In this document: positions 40,445 to 50,099 of the stretch, in pieces
Numbering within the stretch: position 1 is the stretch's first letter
How the letters are laid out: every line of letters begins with the position of its first letter
Source: Candidatus Rokuibacteriota bacterium
GTDB taxonomy: Bacteria; JAUVQV01; DATDCY01
Reading direction: 5' to 3'
Assembly (NCBI GenBank): GCA_031406795.1
Contig: JANOHV010000072.1
Location: 457 to 64,456 of the forward strand
DNA length: 64,000 nt
Notes under the pieces: model-generated
Database searches by the model: none
Told to the model about the DNA's origin: nothing
Seen by the model: only the letters and a program-made list of their open reading frames with translations
Program-made: the position numbers and the translations under genes

Positions 40445-41166
40445 CGGCGCTGCTGGAAGTGCGCGGGGTCTCGCGGTTCTTCGGCGGCCTGGCGGCGCTG
40501 AGCGAAGTCAGCTTCGCGGTTGAAAAGGGCGAGATCCTCGGCCTGATCGGGCCGAACGGCGCGGGGAAGACGACGATGTTCAATGTGGTCAACGGCTTCT
40601 ACGCGCCGTCGCGCGGCGAGGTCCATTTCAAGGGGCAGCGGATCTCCGGCCTCAAGCCGTACCAGATCTGCCAGCGCGGGCTGGCGCGCACCTTCCAGGT
40701 CGTCAAGCCGCTGCAGCGCATGAGCACGCTCGACAACGTGGTGGCCTCGGCCTTCCTGCGCTCGAAGAGCAAGGGCGAGGCGCTCGCGAAGTCCGAGGAG
40801 ATCCTGAAGTTCACCGGCCTCTGGGAGGAGCGGAACATGCTCTCCAAGGGGCTGCCGCTGGGCAGCCGCAAGCGGCTCGAGATCGCCCGCGCGCTGGCGA
40901 CGGAGCCGGAGCTGCTGCTGCTGGACGAGGCCTGCGCCGGCCTCAACCCGTCCGAGCTCGACACGTCGATCGGGATCATCCGCAAGATCAAGGAGCGCGG
41001 GATAACGATCATGATCATCGAGCACCACATGAAGGTGATCATGGCGATCTCCGACCGCATCGTCGTGCTCACCTACGGCGAGAAGCTCGCCGAGGGGACG
41101 CCGGCGCAGATCAGCGGCAATGCCGAGGTCATCAAGGCCTATCTGGGAGAGTCCGATGGGGACTGA
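40441..41166 (+). CDS. livG: ABC transporter ATP-binding protein (LivG-like)
   Basis: Walker [13 protein letters not shown] signature [19 protein letters not shown], Walker [11 protein letters not shown]. Start ATG 40441; the listed 39607..41166 ORF is an off-frame read-through of livM. Confidence 0.9.
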   Translation: MTALLEVRGVSRFFGGLAALSEVSFAVEKGEILGLIGPNGAGKTTMFNVVNGFYAPSRGEVHFKGQRISGLKPYQICQRGLARTFQVVKPLQRMSTLDNVVASAFLRSKSKGEALAKSEEILKFTGLWEERNMLSKGLPLGSRKRLEIARALATEPELLLLDEACAGLNPSELDTSIGIIRKIKERGITIMIIEHHMKVIMAISDRIVVLTYGEKLAEGTPAQISGNAEVIKAYLGESDGD

Positions 41167-41896
41167 ACAGGGCGCCGGTTCGGGGGGGGCGCTGCTCGAG
41201 GTCCGCGGCATCGACGTCTTCTACGGCGATGTCCAGGTCCTCTGGGATCTCTCGTTCCGGGTCGGCAAGGGTGAAATCGTGGCGCTGATCGGCGCCAACG
41301 GGGCGGGAAAGTCGACGACGCTCAAGACTGTCTCCGGCATCCTGCGCCCGCGCCGCGGCGAGATCCTCTACCAGGGAGAGCCGCTGGCGGCGCGCGCGGC
41401 GTGGGATCTCGTGGAGATCGGGATCGCCCACGTTCCCGAGGCCCGGCGGCTCTTCGTCGAGATGACCGTCGAGGAGAATCTCGACATGGGCGCGCTGCGG
41501 GGCGAGGCGAAGCGCCGGCGCGAACAGACCAAGGAGCAGGTCTTCACCATCTTCCCCCGCCTCAAGGAGCGCCGCCGCCAGCTCGCCGGCACCCTCTCCG
41601 GGGGCGAGCAGCAGATGGTGGCGATCGGCCGCGGGCTGATGAGCCTGCCGGTGCTGATCATGTTCGACGAACCGTCGCTCGGTCTGGCGCCGATTCTCGT
41701 GCAGGAGATCTTCAACGTCGTGCGCCGGATCCGCGACGAGGGGACGACCGTGCTGATCGTCGAGCAGAACGTGCGCCAGACGCTCGCCATCGCCGATCGC
41801 GCCTACGTGCTCGAGACCGGCCAGGTGCAGATGCAGGGCGCCGGGCGGGATCTGCTTGACGACCCGCACGTCAAGGCAGCATATTTGGGCTTATAG
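41156..41896 (+). CDS. livF: ABC transporter ATP-binding protein (LivF-like)
   Basis: Walker A GANGAGKST, signature LSGGEQQMVAIGRGL, Walker B VLIMFDEPSLGL. Start ATG 41156 overlaps the livG end. Confidence 0.9.
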   Translation: MGTEQGAGSGGALLEVRGIDVFYGDVQVLWDLSFRVGKGEIVALIGANGAGKSTTLKTVSGILRPRRGEILYQGEPLAARAAWDLVEIGIAHVPEARRLFVEMTVEENLDMGALRGEAKRRREQTKEQVFTIFPRLKERRRQLAGTLSGGEQQMVAIGRGLMSLPVLIMFDEPSLGLAPILVQEIFNVVRRIRDEGTTVLIVEQNVRQTLAIADRAYVLETGQVQMQGAGRDLLDDPHVKAAYLGL

Positions 41897-41906
41897 GAGA
41901 GAAATC

Positions 41907-42545
41907 ATGTTCGTAGCGGATTGGATGACGAGGCGGGTGGTCACGGTCGGCCCCGACGACAGCATTTCGCAGGCGATGCACGCGATGCGCGAGCGGGGGA
42001 TCAAACATCTGCCGGTTGTTCGCGACGGCGCGGTGGTCGGGGTCATCTCCGACCGGGACATCAAGGCCTATTATCCCTCGAAGGCGACGGCGCTGGACAT
42101 CTACGAGATCAACTACCTGCTCGCCAAGGCGACCGTCAAGGAGGCGATGGGGGCCCTGCTGACCACCACAGGCCCGGATACCCCAGTCGAAGAGGCGGCG
42201 CTGGTGATGTTGGAGAAGAACATCGGCTGCCTGCCGGTGGTCGAGGGTGACGTGCTCGTCGGCATCATCTCGGATCGCGACATCTTCCGGGCGCTGGTCG
42301 ACATCACCGGCGTGCGCCATGGCGGCCATCGCATTTGCGTCACCGTCGCGGACAACCCCGGGACCATCCGCGAACTCACCGACATCGTGCGCCGGCACGG
42401 CTTCCACCTCCGCGGCATCCTCACTTCCTACGAGGGGGTGCCGAAGAGCACGAGGCGGGTGGTGATCCGCACGAGCGACGAGGGGGACTTCGCCGCGCTG
42501 CGCGGCGAGCTCGAGGCCGCGTACAAGGCGGTCAGGATCAATTAG
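41907..42545 (+). CDS. CBS-pair + ACT domain protein (AcuB-like)
   Basis: Two CBS motifs (VADWMTRRVVTVGPDDSISQAMHAMRERGIKHLPVV; VKEAMGALLTTTGPDTPVEEAALVMLEKNIGCLPVV) followed by an ACT-like C-terminal region. Start ATG 41907 with a GGAGAG RBS. Confidence 0.8.
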   Translation: MFVADWMTRRVVTVGPDDSISQAMHAMRERGIKHLPVVRDGAVVGVISDRDIKAYYPSKATALDIYEINYLLAKATVKEAMGALLTTTGPDTPVEEAALVMLEKNIGCLPVVEGDVLVGIISDRDIFRALVDITGVRHGGHRICVTVADNPGTIRELTDIVRRHGFHLRGILTSYEGVPKSTRRVVIRTSDEGDFAALRGELEAAYKAVRIN

Positions 42546-42591
42546 GAGAGCGCTCCGGGGGCGGAGCGGCCCTCGGGAGGGTAGGGGTTTC

Positions 42592-44343
42592 ATGCGCGTC
42601 GTCATCATCGGGGCCGTTGCCGTCGGCCCGAAAGTCGCCTGTCGTCTGCGCCGGCTGCTCCCCGACGCCGCAATCACCGTCGTCGACCAGGACCGCTTCA
42701 TCTCCTACGGCGGCTGCGGCATCCCGTACTATCTCGCGGACGAAGTCCCGGACGAGACACAGTTGATGTCCACCAGTTTCCACGCGGTGCGCGATGGGCG
42801 CTTCTTCCGCGAGGCCAAGGGCGTGACCGTGCTGTCGCGCACGCGGGCCACGGCGGTCGACCGGGAGCGGCGCGTCGTGACGGTCGAGGATCTCGAGAGC
42901 GGCGCCTGCAGCGAACTGCCGTACGACCGGCTCGTGCTCGCCACGGGGAGCGTGAGCGTCGTGCCGCCCGTGCCGGGGCGCGACCTCGGGAACGTCTTCT
43001 TCGTGCACAACCTCCAGAATGCCCTCGATCTCAAGCGTGCGCTGATCACCGAGGAGCTTCGACACGCGGTGGTCGTCGGCGGCGGGGCGATCGGCCTCGA
43101 GGTCACCGAGGCGCTCGCCGATGTCTGGAATCTGAAGACGGCCGTCGTGGAACGGCTCGGCCACCTGCTGCCGCAGCTGTTCGACGCGAACATCGCGGGC
43201 ATCGCCGAGGCCACGCTGCGCAGCAAGGGGGTCGCGATTCACACCGGCGAGTCGCTACTGCGGCTCGAGGGCGAGGGGGGCAAGGTGCGGCGCGTCGTCA
43301 CCGACCGGCGCACGCTGCCGGCCGAGCTGGTCGTGATCGCGACCGGCGTGCGTCCGAACGCGGCGCTCGCCCGCGCGGCCGGGATCAAAGTCGGTCCCCT
43401 GGGCGGGATTGCGGTGAACGAGCACCTGCAGACCTCCGACCCGTCGATCTACGCCGGCGGGGACTGCATCGAGACCCGCTCGCTGGTGACGGGGCTGCCC
43501 GCGTTCACTCCGCTCGGCTCGCTCGCGAACCGGCAGGGGCGCGTGATCGCCGACCACATCGCGGGCAAACCAGCCCGCTTCGCGGGGGTCGTCGGCAGCT
43601 TCATCGTGAAGATCTTCGACACGGCGCTCGCCGCCGCCGGGCCGACGCAGGAGCAGGCGATCGCGGCGGGGTTCGACGCCGAGCGCGTGCTCGTCGTCGG
43701 CTATGACCGCGCGCATTTCATGCCGGACAAAGCCATTCTCGTGCTGCAGCTGATCGTCGATCGCGCCACCCGGCGCGTCCTGGGTATCCAGGGGGCCGGG
43801 CCGGCGAACGACGCGCTGATGGCCCGGGTCGACGCCGTGGCCGTGCTGCTCAAGGACGCGCCGACGGTGGAGGACATCGGCCAGCTCGAGCTGGCCTACT
43901 CGCCGCCGTTCGCCTCCGCGATGGACACGCTCAACGCGCTCGGCAACACCGCGGGCAACCTGCTCGACGGTCTGTACCGGCGCATGACGGCCGGCGACGC
44001 GCACGCCGCCCTGCGGGACCCGCGGAGCGAGGTCCTCTTTCTCGACACGAACGCGCCGAAGGCGGCCGCACCGTATCTGGCGCGCTACCCGGGGCGCTGG
44101 GTGAACATCCCCTACGAAAAACTCTCGGGGCGCCTCGACGAACTGCCGCGCGAGCGCACGATCGTCACGATCTGCGACTCGGGGATCCGCTCCTTCGAAA
44201 GTCAGGTGCTGCTGAGCGCCAAGGGCTTCCCGCGCGCCTTCGCGATGGAGGGCGGGCTGAACATCTTCAAGCGCAGCGGGATCGACATCCTGGCCGACGA
44301 CGCCTGCGCCGACCGCTCCGGGGAGTCGTCGGCAGCGTCGTGA
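42592..44343 (+). CDS. FAD-dependent pyridine nucleotide-disulfide oxidoreductase (CoA-disulfide reductase/NADH oxidase family) fused to C-terminal rhodanese domain
   Basis: N-terminal FAD-binding VVIIGAVAVGPKVA, single redox cysteine SYGGCGIPYY, NAD-binding VVVGGGAIGLE. The C-terminal ~100 aa form a rhodanese fold with the catalytic cysteine loop TICDSGIRS. Confidence 0.85.
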   Translation: MRVVIIGAVAVGPKVACRLRRLLPDAAITVVDQDRFISYGGCGIPYYLADEVPDETQLMSTSFHAVRDGRFFREAKGVTVLSRTRATAVDRERRVVTVEDLESGACSELPYDRLVLATGSVSVVPPVPGRDLGNVFFVHNLQNALDLKRALITEELRHAVVVGGGAIGLEVTEALADVWNLKTAVVERLGHLLPQLFDANIAGIAEATLRSKGVAIHTGESLLRLEGEGGKVRRVVTDRRTLPAELVVIATGVRPNAALARAAGIKVGPLGGIAVNEHLQTSDPSIYAGGDCIETRSLVTGLPAFTPLGSLANRQGRVIADHIAGKPARFAGVVGSFIVKIFDTALAAAGPTQEQAIAAGFDAERVLVVGYDRAHFMPDKAILVLQLIVDRATRRVLGIQGAGPANDALMARVDAVAVLLKDAPTVEDIGQLELAYSPPFASAMDTLNALGNTAGNLLDGLYRRMTAGDAHAALRDPRSEVLFLDTNAPKAAAPYLARYPGRWVNIPYEKLSGRLDELPRERTIVTICDSGIRSFESQVLLSAKGFPRAFAMEGGLNIFKRSGIDILADDACADRSGESSAAS

Positions 44344-44375
44344 GTCTTCCCGGCTCGTCCCCCGTCCGTCGACGG

Positions 44376-45164
44376 TTACTTCGGCCTTGGCAGCGCGTTA
44401 TCGAGGATGAGATCCCGCCAGGTGCGGGGGAGGATCTTCGATGCGACGGAAAGCAGCGTGACATCGAAGCTCGAAAGCACGATGTGCTTGCGGCTCCCCC
44501 GGCACTGCTTCAGAATCCTCCCGGCCGCGAGATCGACGGGGAGCACCTTTCTCGGCGAGTCCTGTTTCATCCACGCCGGTTGATGTTTCATCTCGTGTTC
44601 GAGCTGCGGCGTGTCCATGTCGCCGGGACAGGCGACATAGACATTGATGCCCTCGGACAACAGCTCTCTGCGCAGCGATTCGGCGAAGTTGATGACGCCG
44701 GCTTTTGCCGCGCAGTACACGGAATAGCCCGCCGCACCCATCAACCCGAAGCCCGAGGACACCATCAGGATCTTCGAGCCTCTCCTGAGCAGCGGCGAAA
44801 AGAACAGGGCGGAAAAGATCACCCCCATCAGGTTGATTTCCAGATCTTTTCGGATCGCCGCCGCCCCGGTGTAGTCTTTCAGCAGCCTGGTCGTAACCAC
44901 ACCCGCGTTGAGCAGCAGAAAATCCAGCCTCTCGTGCTTCTTCTTGATCGATGCGGAGACCTCGAGCAACTGGTGCTCATCCGAGATGTCGCAGACGTGC
45001 CCCTCCGCATGGATGTTCAGGGCTTTGAGTTCACGGATCGCTTTCTCGATCCTGTCGCGGTTTCTCGCCAGGATGATGATGTCGAAACCCGCGCTTCCGA
45101 GTCTCTTCGCAAACGAGAAACCGAGCCCGGATGACCCACCGGTGATGAGCGCCGTCTTCTTCAT
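44376..45164 (-). CDS. Short-chain dehydrogenase/reductase (SDR) family oxidoreductase
   Basis: TGGSSGLG cofactor motif, NAG, and the catalytic YxxxK (YCAAK). GC is visibly lower (about 58-60%) than flanking genes. Confidence 0.85.
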   Translation of the reverse strand: MKKTALITGGSSGLGFSFAKRLGSAGFDIIILARNRDRIEKAIRELKALNIHAEGHVCDISDEHQLLEVSASIKKKHERLDFLLLNAGVVTTRLLKDYTGAAAIRKDLEINLMGVIFSALFFSPLLRRGSKILMVSSGFGLMGAAGYSVYCAAKAGVINFAESLRRELLSEGINVYVACPGDMDTPQLEHEMKHQPAWMKQDSPRKVLPVDLAAGRILKQCRGSRKHIVLSSFDVTLLSVASKILPRTWRDLILDNALPRPK

Positions 45165-45388
45165 GTGCCTGTCATTTTGAAGTGCATCCCGTTTGCAGTC
45201 CCCCTCCTGCTGCAGGCCAGAAGGGTCTTCCTCGAGTACCGGCCTTCGTCGCCAACCGGTCCGGCGGCCCGATCAGCAGCGCGGCGACAGGGCGATTCTC
45301 CCGGCAAGCCGGGGGTTTGTCAACGCGTTGCCCGCCATTGCCGCACCATCCGCTGCCGGGGCGCGCCCGGGCCTCCCTGCCGCCCCGG

Positions 45389-47035
45389 CTACAGGAACTT
45401 GGCGCGAAGGGCGACCTTGTTGGTCTTGCCGACGCTCGTCTTGTCGATCGCCTCGACGATCTTCACCTTGAGCAGCAGCGCGTGCTTGGAGACGAAGCCC
45501 TTGTCGGCGTAGTCCTTCACGAAGTGCATGATCGCCTTCTCGGCACCGCTCTCGGCAGCGCCGGGCTTGAGCGCCACGAGCGCCAGCGGCCGCTCGCCCC
45601 AGCGGTCGTCCGGCGCGCCGACGACGGCGACCTCCGCCACGGCCGGGTGCTGCGCGATCAGATCCTCGAGTTCGAGCGAGGAAACCCACTCCCCCGCGAC
45701 CTTGACCACGTCCTTGAGCCGGTCGGTGATGCGCAGGTAGCCCGCCTTGTCGCGCACGGCGATGTCGTTCGTGTGCAGCCACCCCCCCTGCCAGAGCTTC
45801 TCGGAGTGCGCGGTGTCCTTGAGATAGCCCTGGGTCAGCCAGGGCGAGCGCACCAGGATCTCGCCCGCGCTCGCGCCGTCGGCCGGCACGTCGTGCCCCT
45901 GCTCGTCGGCGAGCCGGGCATGAACCAGCGGCAGGGGCAGGCCGGTGCGGCAGCGCACCTCGGCCTGGCTCTCCTCGTCGAGCGCGAGCATCTCCGGTTT
46001 CAGGTGGGCGATCGTCAGGATCGGGCAGGTCTCCGACATGCCGTAGCCGGCGAGAATGTCCATGCCGCGTCGCATCGCCTCCAGACAGAGCGCGCGCGGC
46101 AGGGCCGCTCCGCCGACGAGCATCGTGATGCCCGAGAGGTCGTAGCGCTCAGCGCCGGGGTTGCGCAGCAGCATGCGCAAGATGGTCGGCACGCAGTGGG
46201 TGAACGTGACCTTTTCGGTGCGAATCAGCTCGAGCAGCAGATCCGGCACGTAGCGCCCCGGGTAGACCTGCTTGACGCCCATCGTGGTTGCCAAATACGG
46301 CACCCCCCAGGCGTGCACGTGGAACATCGGGGTCAGCGGCATGTAGACGTCTTCGCGGTGAAAGCGCCCCTGGGTGCGCGGCGTGCCGAGGGCGGCCATC
46401 GCCGTGAGGGTGTGCAGGACGAGCTGACGGTGGCTGAAGTAGACGCCCTTGGGCACGCCGGTGGTGCCGGTCGTGTAAAAGGTTGTCGCCCGGGTGTTCT
46501 CGTCGAATTCGGGGAAATCGAAGCGCGCCGGGGCGGCGGCGAGGAGCGCCTCGTACTCGCCGGCGAATTCGATCGCGCCGCCGGCGGGCGCGTCGTCGTC
46601 GGCGAGCAGCACGAAGCGGCTCACCGTGTCGATCCGGCCCTTGATCGCCTCGAGGATCGGCAGGAAGTCCTTGTGCACCAGGATCACGTCGTCCTCGGCG
46701 TGGTTGATCGTGAACAGAATCTGCTCGGGTGTCAGGCGCACGTTCACCGTGTGCAGGACGGCGCCGATCATCGGCACCGCGAAGAAACACTCCAGGTAGC
46801 GGTGGCTGTCCCAGTCGAGGATCGCGACCGTGTTCCCCGCCTTCACCCCCTGGGCCGTGAGGGCGGCGGCCAGGCGGCGCACCCGCTCGCGAAAGGCGCC
46901 GTAAGTGAAGCGCAGGTGTCCCTTATAGACGATCTCCTGGGCGGGGTTGTCGACCAGCGGCGCCTCGAACAACTGCTTGATCAGAAGTGGATAGCCGTAC
47001 GCGGAAGGGGTGCGGGTGATGAGATTCTCGGTCAT
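45389..47035 (-). CDS. AMP-dependent acyl-CoA synthetase/ligase (medium/long-chain fatty acid-CoA ligase-like)
   Basis: AMP-binding motif TTGTTGVPKGV, then YGMSETCP, then the GWLHTNDIAVRD...GYLRITDRLKD linker and a C-terminal lysine region. Start MTENLITR (ATG 47035); the ORF is open to 47317. Confidence 0.9.
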   Translation of the reverse strand: MTENLITRTPSAYGYPLLIKQLFEAPLVDNPAQEIVYKGHLRFTYGAFRERVRRLAAALTAQGVKAGNTVAILDWDSHRYLECFFAVPMIGAVLHTVNVRLTPEQILFTINHAEDDVILVHKDFLPILEAIKGRIDTVSRFVLLADDDAPAGGAIEFAGEYEALLAAAPARFDFPEFDENTRATTFYTTGTTGVPKGVYFSHRQLVLHTLTAMAALGTPRTQGRFHREDVYMPLTPMFHVHAWGVPYLATTMGVKQVYPGRYVPDLLLELIRTEKVTFTHCVPTILRMLLRNPGAERYDLSGITMLVGGAALPRALCLEAMRRGMDILAGYGMSETCPILTIAHLKPEMLALDEESQAEVRCRTGLPLPLVHARLADEQGHDVPADGASAGEILVRSPWLTQGYLKDTAHSEKLWQGGWLHTNDIAVRDKAGYLRITDRLKDVVKVAGEWVSSLELEDLIAQHPAVAEVAVVGAPDDRWGERPLALVALKPGAAESGAEKAIMHFVKDYADKGFVSKHALLLKVKIVEAIDKTSVGKTNKVALRAKFL

Positions 47036-47442
47036 GCGCGTCTCCTTGGGTGTGGTCGGGGCAGCATAGCGCAGCGATGCGGGTTTTGGTATGCCATGGT
47101 GTTCCCGTGCAAGCTGCGGGGTCCTGACGCTGCGGACCGTCCATCCAACTCGACCGTTCGCTTTCAAGCTTCTTGAAGCTCCCTGCTCGGGGGGGCTCAC
47201 GGTCTCGTTCGGCATGCGATCGGATCGCGTGCCGGAGAAGCGCCGCTGGCACTTCCTCATGGTGCTCACTTCGTTCCGCCGATGGAGATTTCCCCTCCGC
47301 GCCACCCCTTCGCCCACCCCGTGTTCGGGGTAGTTCGTTCTCCTTCGGCAACGGGGCCGTTCCTGAATTACGGCAGCCTGTTAGAATGTCCGCACGACGG
47401 ACGCGGGTGTCGGGGGTTGCCGGTCAGGCGAGGAGCGCGACG

Positions 47443-47946
47443 ATGAGCATGAAGAACTACAGCATCCTTGAGGCGGTCGAAGTGGCCCTGATGATGGAGG
47501 AGGAGGGGATCCGGTTCTACACGCTCGCCGAGCAGAAGGCCGGCGATCCGGAATTGAAGCAGCTCTTCTCCCTGCTGCGGGACAAGGAGCACCAGCACAT
47601 CGAGACCTTCCGGCGCTTCTTCGGGGACCTCTCCACCCGCAGCAGCGATCCGGACGCCGAACTCTGGCTGCTCGACACGGAGGTCGCTTCCTACTTCCGG
47701 GCCGCCGTCGAATCCGCGGTCTTTCCGACGAAGGGAGCGGCCGAGCGGGCCATCGCCGGGTTGCACGGGGCGGCGGAGATCTTGCGCCTTGCGCTGCGCA
47801 TGGAGAAGGACAGCGTCTTGTTCTACAACGGACTGCTCGCCGCCGCGCCGTGGCCGGAGGCGCGAGCGCTCGTCGAGAAGGTGGTCGCCGAGGAGCGCCG
47901 GCACGTGGTCTTTGTCCACGAGAAGCTCGCGAGCCTCGGCGGCTGA
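47443..47946 (+). CDS. Ferritin-like / rubrerythrin-family diiron four-helix-bundle protein
   Basis: Paired E...ExxH motifs (MMEEEGIRFY / LRDKEHQH and LRMEKDSVLFY / EERRHV). Start ATG 47443 with an AGGAG RBS. Confidence 0.7.
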   Translation: MSMKNYSILEAVEVALMMEEEGIRFYTLAEQKAGDPELKQLFSLLRDKEHQHIETFRRFFGDLSTRSSDPDAELWLLDTEVASYFRAAVESAVFPTKGAAERAIAGLHGAAEILRLALRMEKDSVLFYNGLLAAAPWPEARALVEKVVAEERRHVVFVHEKLASLGG

Positions 47947-47958
47947 GCGTCGCGCCGG

Positions 47959-49401
47959 CTAGTCCGCGAGCAGCACGGTCTCCAGGTACGGGGGCACGGA
48001 GACCGGCCAGCCGAAGTGTTCGTCGATGTGCTTGGCGAACGCAGCGGACGCTTCCGCTTCCCCGTGCGTCACGAAGACCCGCCGCGGCGGCTTCTGCATG
48101 CCCGAGAGCCAGCGCGTCAGTTCGTCGCGGTCGGCGTGGGCCGAAAAACCGGGGATGCTCTCGATCTTCGCGCGCACCTGGCGCATCTTCCCGAAGAGCC
48201 GGACTTCGGGCCGCCCGTCCAGGATCTGCCGCCCGAGCGTCCCGGCCGCCTGGTAGCCGACGAAAAGCACGGTGCTCTCGGGCCGCGAGAGGTTGGTCTC
48301 GAGGTGGTGCTTGACGCGCCCGCCGTTGCACATCCCGGCGCCGGCGATGATCATCACGGTCCCGGAGATGCTGTTGATCGCCTTGGACTGCTCCACGGTG
48401 CGGATCAGCTTGAGCCCCGAGAATTGAAACGGCGAGGCCCGGCGCGCGATCAGGCCGTGCATCTGCGCATCGAGGATCTCCGGGTGCTTCTCGAAGACAT
48501 CCGTCACGCGCACCGCCATCGGGCTGTCGACGAAGACCAGCAGGTGCGGGATGCGTTTGACCCCGATCAGTTCGTTGAGGTACCAGAGCACTTCCTGGGT
48601 GCGCTCGAGTGCGAAACTCGGCACGACGATGTTCCCCCCGCGCCGGCGCGTCTCGGTGATGACCGCGGCGAGGTGCTCCTTGATCTGTCCGCTCTGCTCG
48701 TGCAGCCGGTCGCCGTACGTCGATTCCACGACGATCCAGTCGGCGTCGGCGGCGGCAACCGGGTCGTTGAGCAGCGGCTTGTCCCAGCGGCCGACATCCC
48801 CCGAAAAGAGCACGGCCCGTCGCGCGGCGCCCGTGCCGATGGCGACGAGCACGGAGGCGGAGCCGAGGATGTGGCCGGCGTCGCGAAACTCGGCGGTGAT
48901 GCCCTCGCCGATCGGCACCGGCGTGCCGTAGGCAACGGGGTCGAAGAGCGGCAGGGTCGCGGTCACGTCGTCCATGGTGTAGAGCGGCACCTCGGGGTGC
49001 GGCCCGGTGCGCTTCTCTCGAGCGTGGCGCTTTTTCTTGTAGGCGGCATCCTCGACCTGGAGTTTCGCCGAATCCGCGAGCACGATCGCGGCGAGTTCGG
49101 CGGTGACCGGCGTCGAGACGATGCGCCCGCGGAAGCCGTCGTGCACGAGCCGCGGCAGATAGCCGCAGTGGTCGACATGGGCGTGCGTGAGCAGCAGCGT
49201 GTCGATGGAGGCGGGCGGGACCGGGAAGGGGTCCCAGTTGCGCGCCAGCAGATCGCGCTCCTGGTAGAGGCCGCAGTCGACGAGGATGCGGCTGGCCCCG
49301 GCCTCGAGGAGATACCGTGAACCGGTGACGTTCTGCGCGGCGCCCAGAAAGGTCAGGCGCGGCGGGACTGCGGAGACGTTCTTTGCCGTTTTCTGGGTCA
49401 T
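47959..49401 (-). CDS. MBL-fold metallo-hydrolase with beta-CASP / RNA-metabolising domain
   Basis: HxHxDH motif (LLLTHAHVDHCGYLP), a beta-CASP region, and C-terminal GFSAHAD; 480 aa. Confidence 0.88.
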   Translation of the reverse strand: MTQKTAKNVSAVPPRLTFLGAAQNVTGSRYLLEAGASRILVDCGLYQERDLLARNWDPFPVPPASIDTLLLTHAHVDHCGYLPRLVHDGFRGRIVSTPVTAELAAIVLADSAKLQVEDAAYKKKRHAREKRTGPHPEVPLYTMDDVTATLPLFDPVAYGTPVPIGEGITAEFRDAGHILGSASVLVAIGTGAARRAVLFSGDVGRWDKPLLNDPVAAADADWIVVESTYGDRLHEQSGQIKEHLAAVITETRRRGGNIVVPSFALERTQEVLWYLNELIGVKRIPHLLVFVDSPMAVRVTDVFEKHPEILDAQMHGLIARRASPFQFSGLKLIRTVEQSKAINSISGTVMIIAGAGMCNGGRVKHHLETNLSRPESTVLFVGYQAAGTLGRQILDGRPEVRLFGKMRQVRAKIESIPGFSAHADRDELTRWLSGMQKPPRRVFVTHGEAEASAAFAKHIDEHFGWPVSVPPYLETVLLAD

Positions 49402-49451
49402 GGTCGTCCTCCCTTGGTATGATGAAACAACTCTAGCAGGGGAGGGGGCGG

Positions 49452-49934
49452 ATGGAAACAGGTGGTGACGCTACGGGGATGCTCGCCGCGCTCGCGGCGG
49501 CGCGGCACAATCTGCGCCGTCCCGACGGCGGGCCGTTCGGCGCCTGCATCGTCCGGGACGGCCGGGTGCTCGCCGTCGCGCGCAACACCGTGCTCGCGCG
49601 CCGGGACCCGACCTGTCACGCGGAAGTCAACGCGATCCGGCTGGCCGCGCGCCGCCTCGGCGCGCACGAGCTGGCCGGCTGCCGGATCTATTCCACCACC
49701 GAGCCCTGCCCGATGTGTTTCGCCGCCATCCACTGGGCCGGCATCGACACGCTGGTCTACGGGACGCGCATCGCCGACGTGGCGCGACTGGGCTTTCGGG
49801 AACTCACGATTTCGAACCGGACGATGCGCCGGCTCGGCGGCGGTTCGATGCGGATCGTTTCCGGCGTGCTGCGGGAGGAGTGTCTCGAACTGCTGCGGGA
49901 GTGGGAAGCACGCCACTCGAACACGACGTACTGA
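49452..49934 (+). CDS. Nucleoside/tRNA adenosine deaminase (CMP/dCMP deaminase zinc-binding family)
   Basis: CHAE ... PCPMC zinc-ligand motifs of the cytidine/guanine/TadA deaminase superfamily; 160 aa. Confidence 0.85.
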   Translation: METGGDATGMLAALAAARHNLRRPDGGPFGACIVRDGRVLAVARNTVLARRDPTCHAEVNAIRLAARRLGAHELAGCRIYSTTEPCPMCFAAIHWAGIDTLVYGTRIADVARLGFRELTISNRTMRRLGGGSMRIVSGVLREECLELLREWEARHSNTTY

Positions 49935-49947
49935 GCGCAGCGGCTAC

Positions 49948-50063
49948 CGGGCGGGAATGAATCCCGCCCCTACGACAAGAACGTCTTCTGTGCGCTGGTG
50001 CTTGGAAGCGTCTTCCGGGAAGGAGAGCCCGTTCCGGTGTAGGGGAGGGGTTGATCCCCTCCC
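49948..50063. repeat. REP/REPIN-like palindromic element pair, head-to-head
   Basis: CGGGCGGGAATGAATCCCGCCCCTAC (49948-49973) and GTAGGGGAGGGGTTGATCCCCTCCC (50039-50063) with a 65-bp spacer, between the deaminase gene and pyrF. Confidence 0.8.
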
Positions 50064-50099
50064 GATCGGCCCGATCAGGCCGATCAGGCCGATCAGGCC
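50064..50099. repeat. 9-bp tandem repeat (CGATCAGGC x3 plus one variant CGATCGGCC)
   Basis: Four consecutive 9-mers immediately 3' of the REP pair; the last overlaps the pyrF stop codon (TCA at 50093-50095 on the minus strand). Confidence 0.85.
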
